47,613 bases of DNA from a virus (lineage: Duplodnaviria; Caudoviricetes). Position 1 is the first letter of the stretch, and each line of letters opens with the position of its first letter. The translations under genes were made by a program, and so were the position numbers. The stretch spans positions 1 through 47,613 of IMG/VR virus record IMGVR_UViG_3300022562_000250; one strand, given 5' to 3'. The notes below the pieces were generated by a model that was not told the origin of the DNA, searched no databases, and was given only the letters and a program-made list of their open reading frames with translations. This document shows, piece by piece, positions 16,895 through 25,242 of this stretch.

Positions 16895-17660
16895 ATTCCC
16901 CCTCGATAAAACTTACTTCCGAGTCCTTTATCTTGGGAATTCAGGCGCGGGCAAGACTGGCTCCCTCGTATCCCTCGTGAAGGCAGGATATAAACTTCGC
17001 CTTATCGACCTCGATAGTGGGTTCGGCATCCTTCAACAATACGTGCTGCACGAATGTCCGGAGTTAATTGATAATGTCAGCGTCATATCTTATCGCGACA
17101 AATACAAGGCCAGTCCGGGTGGAGTACAGGTTGTCGGAATGCCAAAGACCTACATTAGAGTCATGGAGGCTCTCGACAAATGGCCGGATGATGACAGCGA
17201 CCCTGCCGAGTGGGGGCCAGATTGCATATTGGTTCTTGACTCCCTTACCGCACTTGGTCAGGCATCGTTTGATTGGCAAGAGCGTCTTAATCCTTCACTC
17301 AAAGATCGCCGGCAAATCTTCCGCCTCGCACAGGATGCGATTAAAGCGTTCCTTAAAAACCTCACAGGTGAAGCCTTCCACACTCACGTCATCGTTATCA
17401 CCCACGTCCGATATAACGAAGCTGAGACAAAGGGTTTCCCAACCTCAATTGGGTCAGCTATCGGCCCCGAAATTCCCTCGATGTTTAACAACTACGTCTG
17501 CGCAGAAGTTAAAGGTCAGGGTAAAACAGCTTCGCGAGTGATCCGTACGGTCACTAACGGAGTGCTCGATCTTAAGAACGAAAAGCCGTTCACGATTGAG
17601 CAAGAACTGCCGCTTTCCAGCGGTTTGGCTACGTTGTTCGAACAATTGAAAGGTAAATGA
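16878..17660 (+). CDS. RecA-fold ATPase, Sak4/AAA_24-like recombination protein
   Basis: Walker A GNSGAGKT, IDLD, Walker B LVLDSLT, VITH; lies between the exonuclease and the SSB-like gene. Confidence 0.8.
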   Translation: MPSLSEFPLDKTYFRVLYLGNSGAGKTGSLVSLVKAGYKLRLIDLDSGFGILQQYVLHECPELIDNVSVISYRDKYKASPGGVQVVGMPKTYIRVMEALDKWPDDDSDPAEWGPDCILVLDSLTALGQASFDWQERLNPSLKDRRQIFRLAQDAIKAFLKNLTGEAFHTHVIVITHVRYNEAETKGFPTSIGSAIGPEIPSMFNNYVCAEVKGQGKTASRVIRTVTNGVLDLKNEKPFTIEQELPLSSGLATLFEQLKGK

Positions 17661-18139
17661 ACATGCCATCATTCGCAGATATTGCAAACAAAAAGGCCAA
17701 TGAAGTTGAAAAACCTCCGCTTGCCCCGGTGGGTGACTACATCATGCAGGTGACCGGCGACGCCACCTTCAACACGATCGAGTCTCCCAAAGGTAAATGG
17801 GATGCAGTCAACATTCCGTGCCAGGGTGTATCCGCACTCGAGACTGTAGATGTCAAAGACTTGGAGGATTTCGGTGGGGCCAAGGGCCTTCGCGTCCGCC
17901 ACTCCTTCATGTTTAACAAAGACCCTGAGGAGGAAGCGGCATTCAAACAAACTGAGTACCAGCTTAAGAACTTCCTCGTCGAGATTCTTCAGATCGAAGG
18001 CGGCGAAAAGAAAACCCTCGCACAACTTCTTAGTGAGGCAAAAGGGCATCAGTTCCGGGCAACCATTGGCCACCGGCCTGACCCCAACAAACCTGACACG
18101 ATCTATGCGGAGATCAAATCTGCGGCAGCTATTGAGTGA
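17657..18139 (+). CDS. Putative ssDNA-binding protein (DUF669-like OB fold)
   Basis: PPLAPVGDY N-terminus, beta-rich body, YAEIK end; usual position after Sak4-like genes. Confidence 0.6.
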   Translation: MNMPSFADIANKKANEVEKPPLAPVGDYIMQVTGDATFNTIESPKGKWDAVNIPCQGVSALETVDVKDLEDFGGAKGLRVRHSFMFNKDPEEEAAFKQTEYQLKNFLVEILQIEGGEKKTLAQLLSEAKGHQFRATIGHRPDPNKPDTIYAEIKSAAAIE

Positions 18140-18160
18140 CGCCTCGGCTGCTGTAAACTT

Positions 18161-18189
18161 GGGTGGCAGCTTCTGTTGCCACCCTTTTT
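18161..18189 (+). terminator. Intrinsic terminator
   Basis: GGGTGGCAGC-TTCT-GTTGCCACCC-TTTTT. Confidence 0.85.
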
Positions 18190-18210
18190 CCGTCTCAGGA
18201 GGCCAGACCA

Positions 18211-19500
18211 GTGCACAGAACATTACCCATTTCCTCAATCAAAGTACGGCGAGATGATCGCCAACGTCGGACGCTCGTTGACATCGAGTCCCTTGCCGCA
18301 TCCATAGCTCGCGTGGGCCTTATCAATGCTATCGTCATCGACTCCGAGGGCTATCTTATTGCCGGTGAGCGGCGGCTCGAAGCAGTACGCAGCCTTGGTT
18401 GGGATAGTATCTCCACCCAAACCCTGGATGATTTAGATGAGGCTACCGCCCAAGCAATTGAGCTTGAAGAAAACGTTAAGCGCCACGACCTTTCGTGGAA
18501 GGATGAATGTCTCGCAGTTTATAAATACCACCACCTACGACTATCACAAAATCCGGAGCATACACTTGCTGACTCAGCTTATGAACTCTCGCTATCAGCG
18601 TCTGGAATGGGTGCGCGTATGGCTGTTCAAGAAGAAATCTTAGCGGGCAATGAACTAGTCATTAATGCCGACAAGTACAGCGTGGCCAAGAATATAACTG
18701 TCCGTGCTCGCGAACGTAAGGCTGCGATGGATCAGGAGGAGATCACTGCTGTTATCTTCCCTGATATCGATATAGGGTCTGATCCACTAACCCGAGCCAA
18801 TGAAGAATTCACAGCTATTGCGCCGGATAAACCTGACGTGCCTTTGCTTAATGCGGATTTCAACGAGTGGATACGGAGCTATGACGGACCCAGATACAAC
18901 TTTCTCCACTGCGACTTTCCATATGGGATCAATGCGGATAAGCATCATCAAGGAGCGGCTAAGTATTTCAGGGGATACGCTGATAGCCCAGATGTATATT
19001 GGACGCTCATCGCTGCCCTCGGGGATAACATTGATCGCCTTGTTGCCGAGAGTTGTCACCTTGTATTTTGGTTCTCAATGGACTATTACACTGAGACTAA
19101 ACTTGCACTCGAACAAATGGGATGGAAAGTTAATCCATTCCCACTCATCTGGTACAAAAGTGACAACACAGGTATTCTTCCCGATCCAAACCGAGGGCCT
19201 CGAAGGATTTATGAGACCGCACTTATGGGATCAAGAGGTGATCGAAAGATTGTCCAACCAGTTGGTAACATATATCCAGCGCCTGTTGTTAAAGATGTCC
19301 ACATGAGTCAGAAGTCGCTGCCAATGCTGCAACACTTCTTTCGTATGTTTGTGGACGAGTCAACGCGTATGCTCGACCCGACTTGCGGCAGTGGTATGGC
19401 AGTTAAGGCGGCGCAACTCGCCGGCGCAAAGCATGTCCTCGGTATCGAACGTGACCCGGACTTCTTCCACAATGCAGTAGAGGCATGGAATGCGACCTAA
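18211..19500 (+). CDS. ParB/Srx-domain plus beta-class N6A/N4C DNA methyltransferase fusion
   Basis: AGGAGG RBS with GTG start; ParB motif LIAGERRLEA and EEN.KR; motif IV variant CDFPY precedes H..QK and motif I LDPTCGSG. Confidence 0.85.
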   Translation: MHRTLPISSIKVRRDDRQRRTLVDIESLAASIARVGLINAIVIDSEGYLIAGERRLEAVRSLGWDSISTQTLDDLDEATAQAIELEENVKRHDLSWKDECLAVYKYHHLRLSQNPEHTLADSAYELSLSASGMGARMAVQEEILAGNELVINADKYSVAKNITVRARERKAAMDQEEITAVIFPDIDIGSDPLTRANEEFTAIAPDKPDVPLLNADFNEWIRSYDGPRYNFLHCDFPYGINADKHHQGAAKYFRGYADSPDVYWTLIAALGDNIDRLVAESCHLVFWFSMDYYTETKLALEQMGWKVNPFPLIWYKSDNTGILPDPNRGPRRIYETALMGSRGDRKIVQPVGNIYPAPVVKDVHMSQKSLPMLQHFFRMFVDESTRMLDPTCGSGMAVKAAQLAGAKHVLGIERDPDFFHNAVEAWNAT

Positions 19501-20503
19501 CCACATCGCAATAGTTGGCGAAGCGTGGGGAGAGCAAGAAGAAATTGAGGGTCGTCCATTCGTCGGACCAACCGGCCGCTTCTTGAATTACTGCCTTCGC
19601 GTCAGTGGCATTAAACGGGATGATTGTCTCGTAACGAACGTGTTCAACCTCCGGCCAAAGCCAACGAACGCAGTGGAAAATCTCTGCGGTAATAAACTCC
19701 AGGGTATCCCCGGCAAGCCGGAACTCGCAAGAGGTAAATATGTCCTCGCAAAGTATAAACCTGAGCTCGATCGACTCTATCGAGAGCTTGACACATACAA
19801 GCCAAATCTTATTCTTGCCTTTGGAGCCACTGCTGCTTGGGCAATACTTGGAAAGGGTGGAATACGAAAAGTTAGAGGCGCCACTGCAGTTGGGTATAAT
19901 GGATACAAAGTTCTTCCAACTTACCACCCGACTGCGATCCTACGACAGTACTCCCTTTATCCCGTATTCATGGCGGACCTTGAAAAGGCAGTACGCGAAG
20001 CCCAATTCCCTGAGGTCCGGCGACCAGACCGCTTCATTCACATCGAGCCCACGTATCAAGACTTGCTGGATTTCGAGCGAGAGTTCATCGACCCTGCCAC
20101 CGCGCTATCAATTGACATTGAAACTGCAGGGAATCAAATTACTTGCATTGGTTTCGCGCCGACAGTCGATCGCGCACTTGTTGTCCCATTCTATGATAAC
20201 ACTAAGCCCGACCACTGTTACTGGCCCACACTTGAAATCGAGTGTAAAGTCTGGCGGTGGGTCCAGCGAATTTGTATGATGAAGAAAGCTAAAGTTGGCG
20301 GGCAGAACTTCAACTACGATATGAAGTTCCTTCTCATGTCTTACGGCATCATCGTGCCGGAGGCCAACTTCGATATTATGCTGATGCACCACGCGCTCCA
20401 ACCAGAGATGGAGAAATCCCTTGGCTTCATGGGCAGCATATACACTAACGAGCTCGCGTGGAAATTCATGAGGCCGAAACACACAGTGAAAAAGGAAGAT
20501 TGA
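19490..20503 (+). CDS. Uracil-DNA glycosylase (family 4-like) fused to a partial DEDD 3'-5' exonuclease; N-terminal part of a split PolA
   Basis: GEAWG, PFVG, TNV, TYHP (UDG); IDIET (ExoI), QNFNYD (ExoII); ends before ExoIII. Confidence 0.85.
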   Translation: MRPNHIAIVGEAWGEQEEIEGRPFVGPTGRFLNYCLRVSGIKRDDCLVTNVFNLRPKPTNAVENLCGNKLQGIPGKPELARGKYVLAKYKPELDRLYRELDTYKPNLILAFGATAAWAILGKGGIRKVRGATAVGYNGYKVLPTYHPTAILRQYSLYPVFMADLEKAVREAQFPEVRRPDRFIHIEPTYQDLLDFEREFIDPATALSIDIETAGNQITCIGFAPTVDRALVVPFYDNTKPDHCYWPTLEIECKVWRWVQRICMMKKAKVGGQNFNYDMKFLLMSYGIIVPEANFDIMLMHHALQPEMEKSLGFMGSIYTNELAWKFMRPKHTVKKED

Positions 20504-20504
20504 A

Positions 20505-20864
20505 ATGACGGAAGAAGAACTGGCGAAAGAACTTGACACTGAATTCCTTAAGGCAGTCGAGGATGACGATCGAATTAATGAGGCCGGCAATGACATGGCT
20601 GCGCTTCTTACCGAACGAGGTTCCACACATGGCAGGTTTATTGACCACGCTCGGGCGACGCAACGAATTAAGCTCGTCATCCGGGATGAGCTTCGAAGGA
20701 GAAACCAACGGGGTCAAGACAAACTTACCGACATGCACATCGAGGCGCTGGAAATGATTGCCCATAAGATCGGCCGCATACTTGCAGGTGATCCAGACTT
20801 CGCCGATCACTGGATTGATATATCTGGCTACGCCGAACTGCCCGGGAGGTTTAAAGAGTTATGA
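20505..20864 (+). CDS. DUF6378-like helical protein (possible nucleotide hydrolase)
   Basis: L.ERG.THG.F...EALEMI.HKIGRI..GD....DHW.DI.GYA.L pattern. Confidence 0.7.
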   Translation: MTEEELAKELDTEFLKAVEDDDRINEAGNDMAALLTERGSTHGRFIDHARATQRIKLVIRDELRRRNQRGQDKLTDMHIEALEMIAHKIGRILAGDPDFADHWIDISGYAELPGRFKEL

Positions 20865-21250
20865 GTCCCGTACCCGAAGAAGGAATGATTTATCTCGCTT
20901 GCGCCTACACCGACGCGAGTGCTCACATAATGGATGTCAGGTATGAGCACGCACTTAAATACACTGCTCTTCTACTTAAGCAGGGGCACATTATATATTC
21001 CCCTGTTGTCCATTGTCATGAGTTGGCAAAGACATATGACCTTCCGAAAGATGCAGCCTTTTGGAGTAAATACAACTTCGCCATGCTTAAACTCGCCCAC
21101 GCTTTGTGGATCATTGATGACGACGATGAACGCTGGCGGCTTTCAAGTGGGGTGGGAATGGAACGAGCCTTCGCAGACATAATGCAAATACCTGCGTGGG
21201 TAATCCGCATCGACTGGAAAACAGAAAACATCGAGTTGTTTGCCCCATGA
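20861..21250 (+). CDS. DUF1937 / nucleoside 2-deoxyribosyltransferase-like protein
   Basis: IYLACAY, YSPVVHCH, W..S.GV..E...A motifs. Confidence 0.75.
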   Translation: MSPVPEEGMIYLACAYTDASAHIMDVRYEHALKYTALLLKQGHIIYSPVVHCHELAKTYDLPKDAAFWSKYNFAMLKLAHALWIIDDDDERWRLSSGVGMERAFADIMQIPAWVIRIDWKTENIELFAP

Positions 21251-22827
21251 AAATAATAAACTCGGGCGATTACATTACCGAGAAAGACTTGAACTCCCTC
21301 TCACACAACGAGAGGGAGTACATGTACAATGGCCTCGATTGCTGCGTCACACTGGAAATACTTTATGAGTTGGAGAAGCAACTCGATAACGTTACTACTC
21401 CAATTTATAATCAGTCGATGGACATGCGTGCCCCGATCCTCGAAATGTCAATGCACGGCATTAAGGTAGACGAGCACCGACGGAATAAAGTCAAGCATGA
21501 ATTCATCGAGCACCGGGATAGAGTGAAGGAGCGATTCGAACGCCTTTGCGAAGAAGGTATCGGAACGATTATTAACTGGCGCTCCGATCACCAAGTCAAA
21601 CGGCTCTTTTATGGAGTCCTTGGCATCAAACCAATTAAGAAGCGGAACGATAAAGGGCAGTTCGTTCCCACCGTTAACCGAGACGCACTCGAACGTCTCC
21701 AGGTTCACTTCCTTGCCCAACCGCTGATAAGTCATATCCTTTTTCTCCGCGACATACAGAAGAAGATTGACTTCCTTAACACAGGGATTGATCCAGATGG
21801 ACGAATGCGAGCGACCTTTAACATTGCTGGAACGAATACAGGGCGTCTGTCGTCAAGCGAGTCCGAGTTTGGTACAGGGACTAATCAACAAAATATTGAC
21901 CGAAGCCTTAGGTCTATATTCATACCAGACCCTGGCTATAAATTTATTAACATCGACCTCGAACAAGGAGATTCGCGAAACCTCGGGGCAATGTGTTATG
22001 AGGTATTCTACAACCGTGAAGGCGAACGATGGGCAGGAGCCTATCTCGATGCATGTGAGTCTGGTGATCTCCACACGTCCGTGGCGCAAATGACATGGGA
22101 TGATTTGGGTTGGCCGGAGCCGGGTTCACCACCCGAGGCCTTCCGCAAAGTTGCAGATCAAATATTCTATCGGCAAGACTCCTATCGTCAGATGGCTAAG
22201 AAACTTGGCCACGGCACTAACTTCGTAGGACAGCCCCGAACAATGGCGATGCACACTAAAACACCCGAGCCTATCATCGCCAACTTCCAGGCCCGTTACT
22301 TCCGAGCCTTCCCTTGCATCCCAGCCTATCACGATTGGGTGGCGGAACAACTGGCGGAGACTTCAAACCTTATCACGTTACACGGTCGCCGCCGGTTCTT
22401 CTTTGGTCGCGCAAACGATGCCACAACGCTTAGGGAAGCGGTTGCGTACTGCCCACAATCAATGACCGCCGATGCCGTTAATAAGGCCATGATAGCCATA
22501 TGGCGGGCGCATATCCACCGTGGTGCCAACCGCGTTCAAATCCTTTGCCAAGTCCACGACAGTCTACTGATGCAAGCGCCGACTGAGTTGGTTGATGATG
22601 TGATGGAAGAGCTGCTTGAGCTTGGCAAGGCTCCCCTTCGCCTTAAAGGGGACCGTGATTTCGTAGTCCCCAACGAGGCAAAGATTGGATTTAATTGGGG
22701 CGACGAGGACAAGGATAATAACCCACTAGGATTAATCAAGTGGAAGGCCAGCAAGCCAGACACACGTAAACCTGATGCACCAAGAAAACTACTTTCTATT
22801 CAGGATATACTATGGCAAGAGAGATAG
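21247..22827 (+). CDS. Family A DNA polymerase, C-terminal part (ExoIII plus polymerase domain)
   Basis: YNGLD (ExoIII), TNTGRLSS, motif A DLEQGDSR, motif B RQMAKKLGHGTNF, motif C QVHDS; ATGA overlap at 21247. Confidence 0.92.
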   Translation: MKIINSGDYITEKDLNSLSHNEREYMYNGLDCCVTLEILYELEKQLDNVTTPIYNQSMDMRAPILEMSMHGIKVDEHRRNKVKHEFIEHRDRVKERFERLCEEGIGTIINWRSDHQVKRLFYGVLGIKPIKKRNDKGQFVPTVNRDALERLQVHFLAQPLISHILFLRDIQKKIDFLNTGIDPDGRMRATFNIAGTNTGRLSSSESEFGTGTNQQNIDRSLRSIFIPDPGYKFINIDLEQGDSRNLGAMCYEVFYNREGERWAGAYLDACESGDLHTSVAQMTWDDLGWPEPGSPPEAFRKVADQIFYRQDSYRQMAKKLGHGTNFVGQPRTMAMHTKTPEPIIANFQARYFRAFPCIPAYHDWVAEQLAETSNLITLHGRRRFFFGRANDATTLREAVAYCPQSMTADAVNKAMIAIWRAHIHRGANRVQILCQVHDSLLMQAPTELVDDVMEELLELGKAPLRLKGDRDFVVPNEAKIGFNWGDEDKDNNPLGLIKWKASKPDTRKPDAPRKLLSIQDILWQER

Positions 22828-24011
22828 AAGGCCGATTGTGGCTTGACGCGTTTGAGGAGTACACCGACGTTCTATCCACCCCTGATATATTTCGTAAGTG
22901 GGGTGGGATAACGATGGTGGCGGCTGCTCTAGAACGGCGGGTATGGATCACGACTTCAGTCAAGGTCCTATATCCAAACCTCTATGTTATCTTCGTTGGC
23001 CCTCCCGGTGTCGGCAAGGGTATCATGGCAACAGTGATCGGGGAAACAATGAGGCAACTTAAGGAGCACAAACTTGCCTCGTCAAGTATAACCCGCGCAA
23101 CCGTTGTGGAGGAACTCAATGAGGCCGAGCGCTTCTTTCAATACGAGGGTGTTGCCCTCCAATATAATGCACTATATATTGTTTCACATGAGCTTGGCGT
23201 CCTTCTGCCAGCGTATGATATGGAGTTACTTAATAAACTCACCGACATCTATGACTGCGGAAGGTATTCAGAGCGGCGAAGAAAGAAGGAGCACAACGTC
23301 GCCATCGAACGCCCTGTTGTCAATATCTTTGGGGCGGTGACACCAGGGTATTTCGGTGCGATGATCCCTGAAGTTGCGTGGGAGCAGGGGTTCTTCTCTC
23401 GCACTATACTAATCTATTCCGGTCAACTCAAACGCAAGTCACTGTGGGACTTTCAAAAACTCGACACAGGCTTGTGGCACAAACTCGTAACAGACCTCCG
23501 CGCCATCGGCAGGATGAAGGGTGAGTTCCGGTTCACTCCCGAAGCAGCCAAACTCATTGACAACTTCCATATGGAGGCATTCAAGACAACCGAGCTTCGT
23601 CACCCCAAGATGCAACACTACAACACGCGGCGGCCTGCCCACCTACTCAAACTGATGATGGTGTCGAGCGCCATGCGACACGATGATATGGTTATCGACG
23701 TTGAGGATTTTCAAACCGCCTTTGATTGGCTTGTTGAAGCGGAGGATACAATGCCCGAAATCTTTAAAGCTATGAGCACAGGAGGAGATAGTAAAGTGAT
23801 ACAAGAAGCCTGGCACTTTGTTTATGAGGTCAACGCCCGCGAGGGCCGCAACGCTAATGAGGATGAACTGTGGGAGTTTATGTCCAATCGCGTTCCAGCA
23901 GACAAGGCGAAGAATATAATTGAGATAATGAAAAACGCTAAGTTGTTGATCGCGGAAGGCCCCATCGGACTTCAATCCTTCCGCGCCAACGGCGAGCCTC
24001 GGATACGCTAA
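22812..24011 (+). CDS. DUF3987-like AAA+ ATPase, putative replicative helicase
   Basis: YPNLYVIFVGPPGVGKG Walker A, LTDIYD, GFFSR; helical C-terminal domain. Confidence 0.75.
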   Translation: MAREIEGRLWLDAFEEYTDVLSTPDIFRKWGGITMVAAALERRVWITTSVKVLYPNLYVIFVGPPGVGKGIMATVIGETMRQLKEHKLASSSITRATVVEELNEAERFFQYEGVALQYNALYIVSHELGVLLPAYDMELLNKLTDIYDCGRYSERRRKKEHNVAIERPVVNIFGAVTPGYFGAMIPEVAWEQGFFSRTILIYSGQLKRKSLWDFQKLDTGLWHKLVTDLRAIGRMKGEFRFTPEAAKLIDNFHMEAFKTTELRHPKMQHYNTRRPAHLLKLMMVSSAMRHDDMVIDVEDFQTAFDWLVEAEDTMPEIFKAMSTGGDSKVIQEAWHFVYEVNAREGRNANEDELWEFMSNRVPADKAKNIIEIMKNAKLLIAEGPIGLQSFRANGEPRIR

Positions 24012-24310
24012 CGATTGTGGGCTCGATCTTCAATCGCCTTGAAGTCTTTAATAGACTCTTCTACTTTATCCAGCCGGAAGTCAACAAAACGCCTCCGGCT
24101 GTTTATCGTTTCATTTGTCAGTGCTATCGAATTGTTCAGAGTCTCTTGCGCCACCTGCATAGTCCGTTGCGTATTCTGCAACTCCACATACCCCTTATAC
24201 AGGTTGTTCGCAACGATTGTGAATAATGGAACTGTCAGCACCATCATAAGACGGGCCAGCAGTTTCACATACACATTCTCGGTGATAGCATTAATGTTGT
24301 CTCTAACCAT
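24008..24310 (-). CDS. Membrane-anchored coiled-coil protein, last gene of the late operon
   Basis: AAGGAG RBS; hydrophobic LLARLMMVLTVPLFTIVA; its stop overlaps the convergent helicase stop. Confidence 0.7.
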   Translation of the reverse strand: MVRDNINAITENVYVKLLARLMMVLTVPLFTIVANNLYKGYVELQNTQRTMQVAQETLNNSIALTNETINSRRRFVDFRLDKVEESIKDFKAIEDRAHNR

Positions 24311-24633
24311 TAGAAGCTCCTTGGCGGGACGAACAGACAATTCGTATCCGTGTCATCCTTGCCATACTTTGTACACCAGTGATAAAGCCCATCAGGTGAT
24401 GACCGTAGTTTGGAGCTCGAAAAAGGCACTACTTCCCCTGTGGGCAGGTGGTATCCGTCCGGTTGCATATTAATCCAAGTCTTATCTACCGGCCGGCAGT
24501 CTACCCCCGAGCAACAAGCAAACGGATACTTCCATCCACTCGGCGCATCGTGGGCGTGTGCTTGGGAGCAGGCCTTTACTAAAATGAAAACCAGTATTCC
24601 CGCCGCTATCGCTACCCAGTTAATCCCTCGCAT
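24310..24633 (-). CDS. Exported Cys-rich small protein
   Basis: GGAG RBS; signal peptide ending AHA; GWKYP..CCSG.DC...SPDG.YHWC...CLFVPP. Confidence 0.75.
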   Translation of the reverse strand: MRGINWVAIAAGILVFILVKACSQAHAHDAPSGWKYPFACCSGVDCRPVDKTWINMQPDGYHLPTGEVVPFSSSKLRSSPDGLYHWCTKYGKDDTDTNCLFVPPRSF

Positions 24634-24634
24634 A

Positions 24635-24901
24635 TTAGACTCCTTCACAGAATGTGTCTCTGGTAGCGTTGTATTCCAATGTATCTTTCACTGTCTCATC
24701 TGTGTCAAATTTGTTCTCCTCCGTTTCTTTCTCCCCCTCAGGCCGTGCCGCGTAGCTCTTCGCCTTGAACACCTTACACGCTTTACTCAGTACCACCAGT
24801 CCGCTTGGTTCTATTGTTCGGGTCATCAAGCCGCACCCCGACACGCCGAGCGTGAGCGCCGCGAGAAAGGGCATCCAGAGCACGCTTGTTAATCGTTTCA
24901 T
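24635..24901 (-). CDS. Outer-membrane spanin lipoprotein (Rz1-like)
   Basis: GGAGG RBS; signal peptide with lipobox GVSG-C; overlaps the i-spanin out of frame. Confidence 0.7.
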   Translation of the reverse strand: MKRLTSVLWMPFLAALTLGVSGCGLMTRTIEPSGLVVLSKACKVFKAKSYAARPEGEKETEENKFDTDETVKDTLEYNATRDTFCEGV

Positions 24902-25049
24902 TGGCCGCAGCCTCCTTTGCTTCTATCTCCTGTTTCCCCGACAACTTCCCGGCCTTATAAGTTGCACGGAGTATGAAACCAGCCAGGAGGGTAACACCCC
25001 CCAAGCTGGCGATAATCAATATAACCTTGACTACAAAAGCATCAACCAC
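24783..25049 (-). CDS. Inner-membrane spanin (Rz-like)
   Basis: GTG start; N-terminal TM helix, YKAG motif, helical periplasmic part; follows the holin. Confidence 0.65.
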   Translation of the reverse strand: MVDAFVVKVILIIASLGGVTLLAGFILRATYKAGKLSGKQEIEAKEAAANETINKRALDALSRGAHARRVGVRLDDPNNRTKRTGGTE

Positions 25050-25242
25050 TTGGTGCCTTCTTTTCCGGAGCAACAAAGCTCCACACCAGGCCGACAAGTG
25101 TAACGATCGCCGCTGTTGCATTGGTCCAGTCAAGCTCAGTGAGCGGGCTACCGTGCGCCGAACTCCAAGCAATGATATACCCACCGGCGAAGGTCAGTAT
25201 ATGTCGTATGATGCCAAGTACCTGTTCCTTGTTCATCTTCAT
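25042..25242 (-). CDS. Putative two-TM holin with Met-Lys-Met start
   Basis: MKMNKEQVLGIIRHILTFAGG...LVGLVWS; coupled to the endolysin stop (TGATG). Confidence 0.75.
   Translation of the reverse strand: MKMNKEQVLGIIRHILTFAGGYIIAWSSAHGSPLTELDWTNATAAIVTLVGLVWSFVAPEKKAPSG

Noticed and set aside
20504-21246. Group I intron or intein interrupting polA
   Set aside because: The interval is filled by two coupled ORFs without homing-endonuclease motifs, leaves no room for a ribozyme core, and shows no intein termini.
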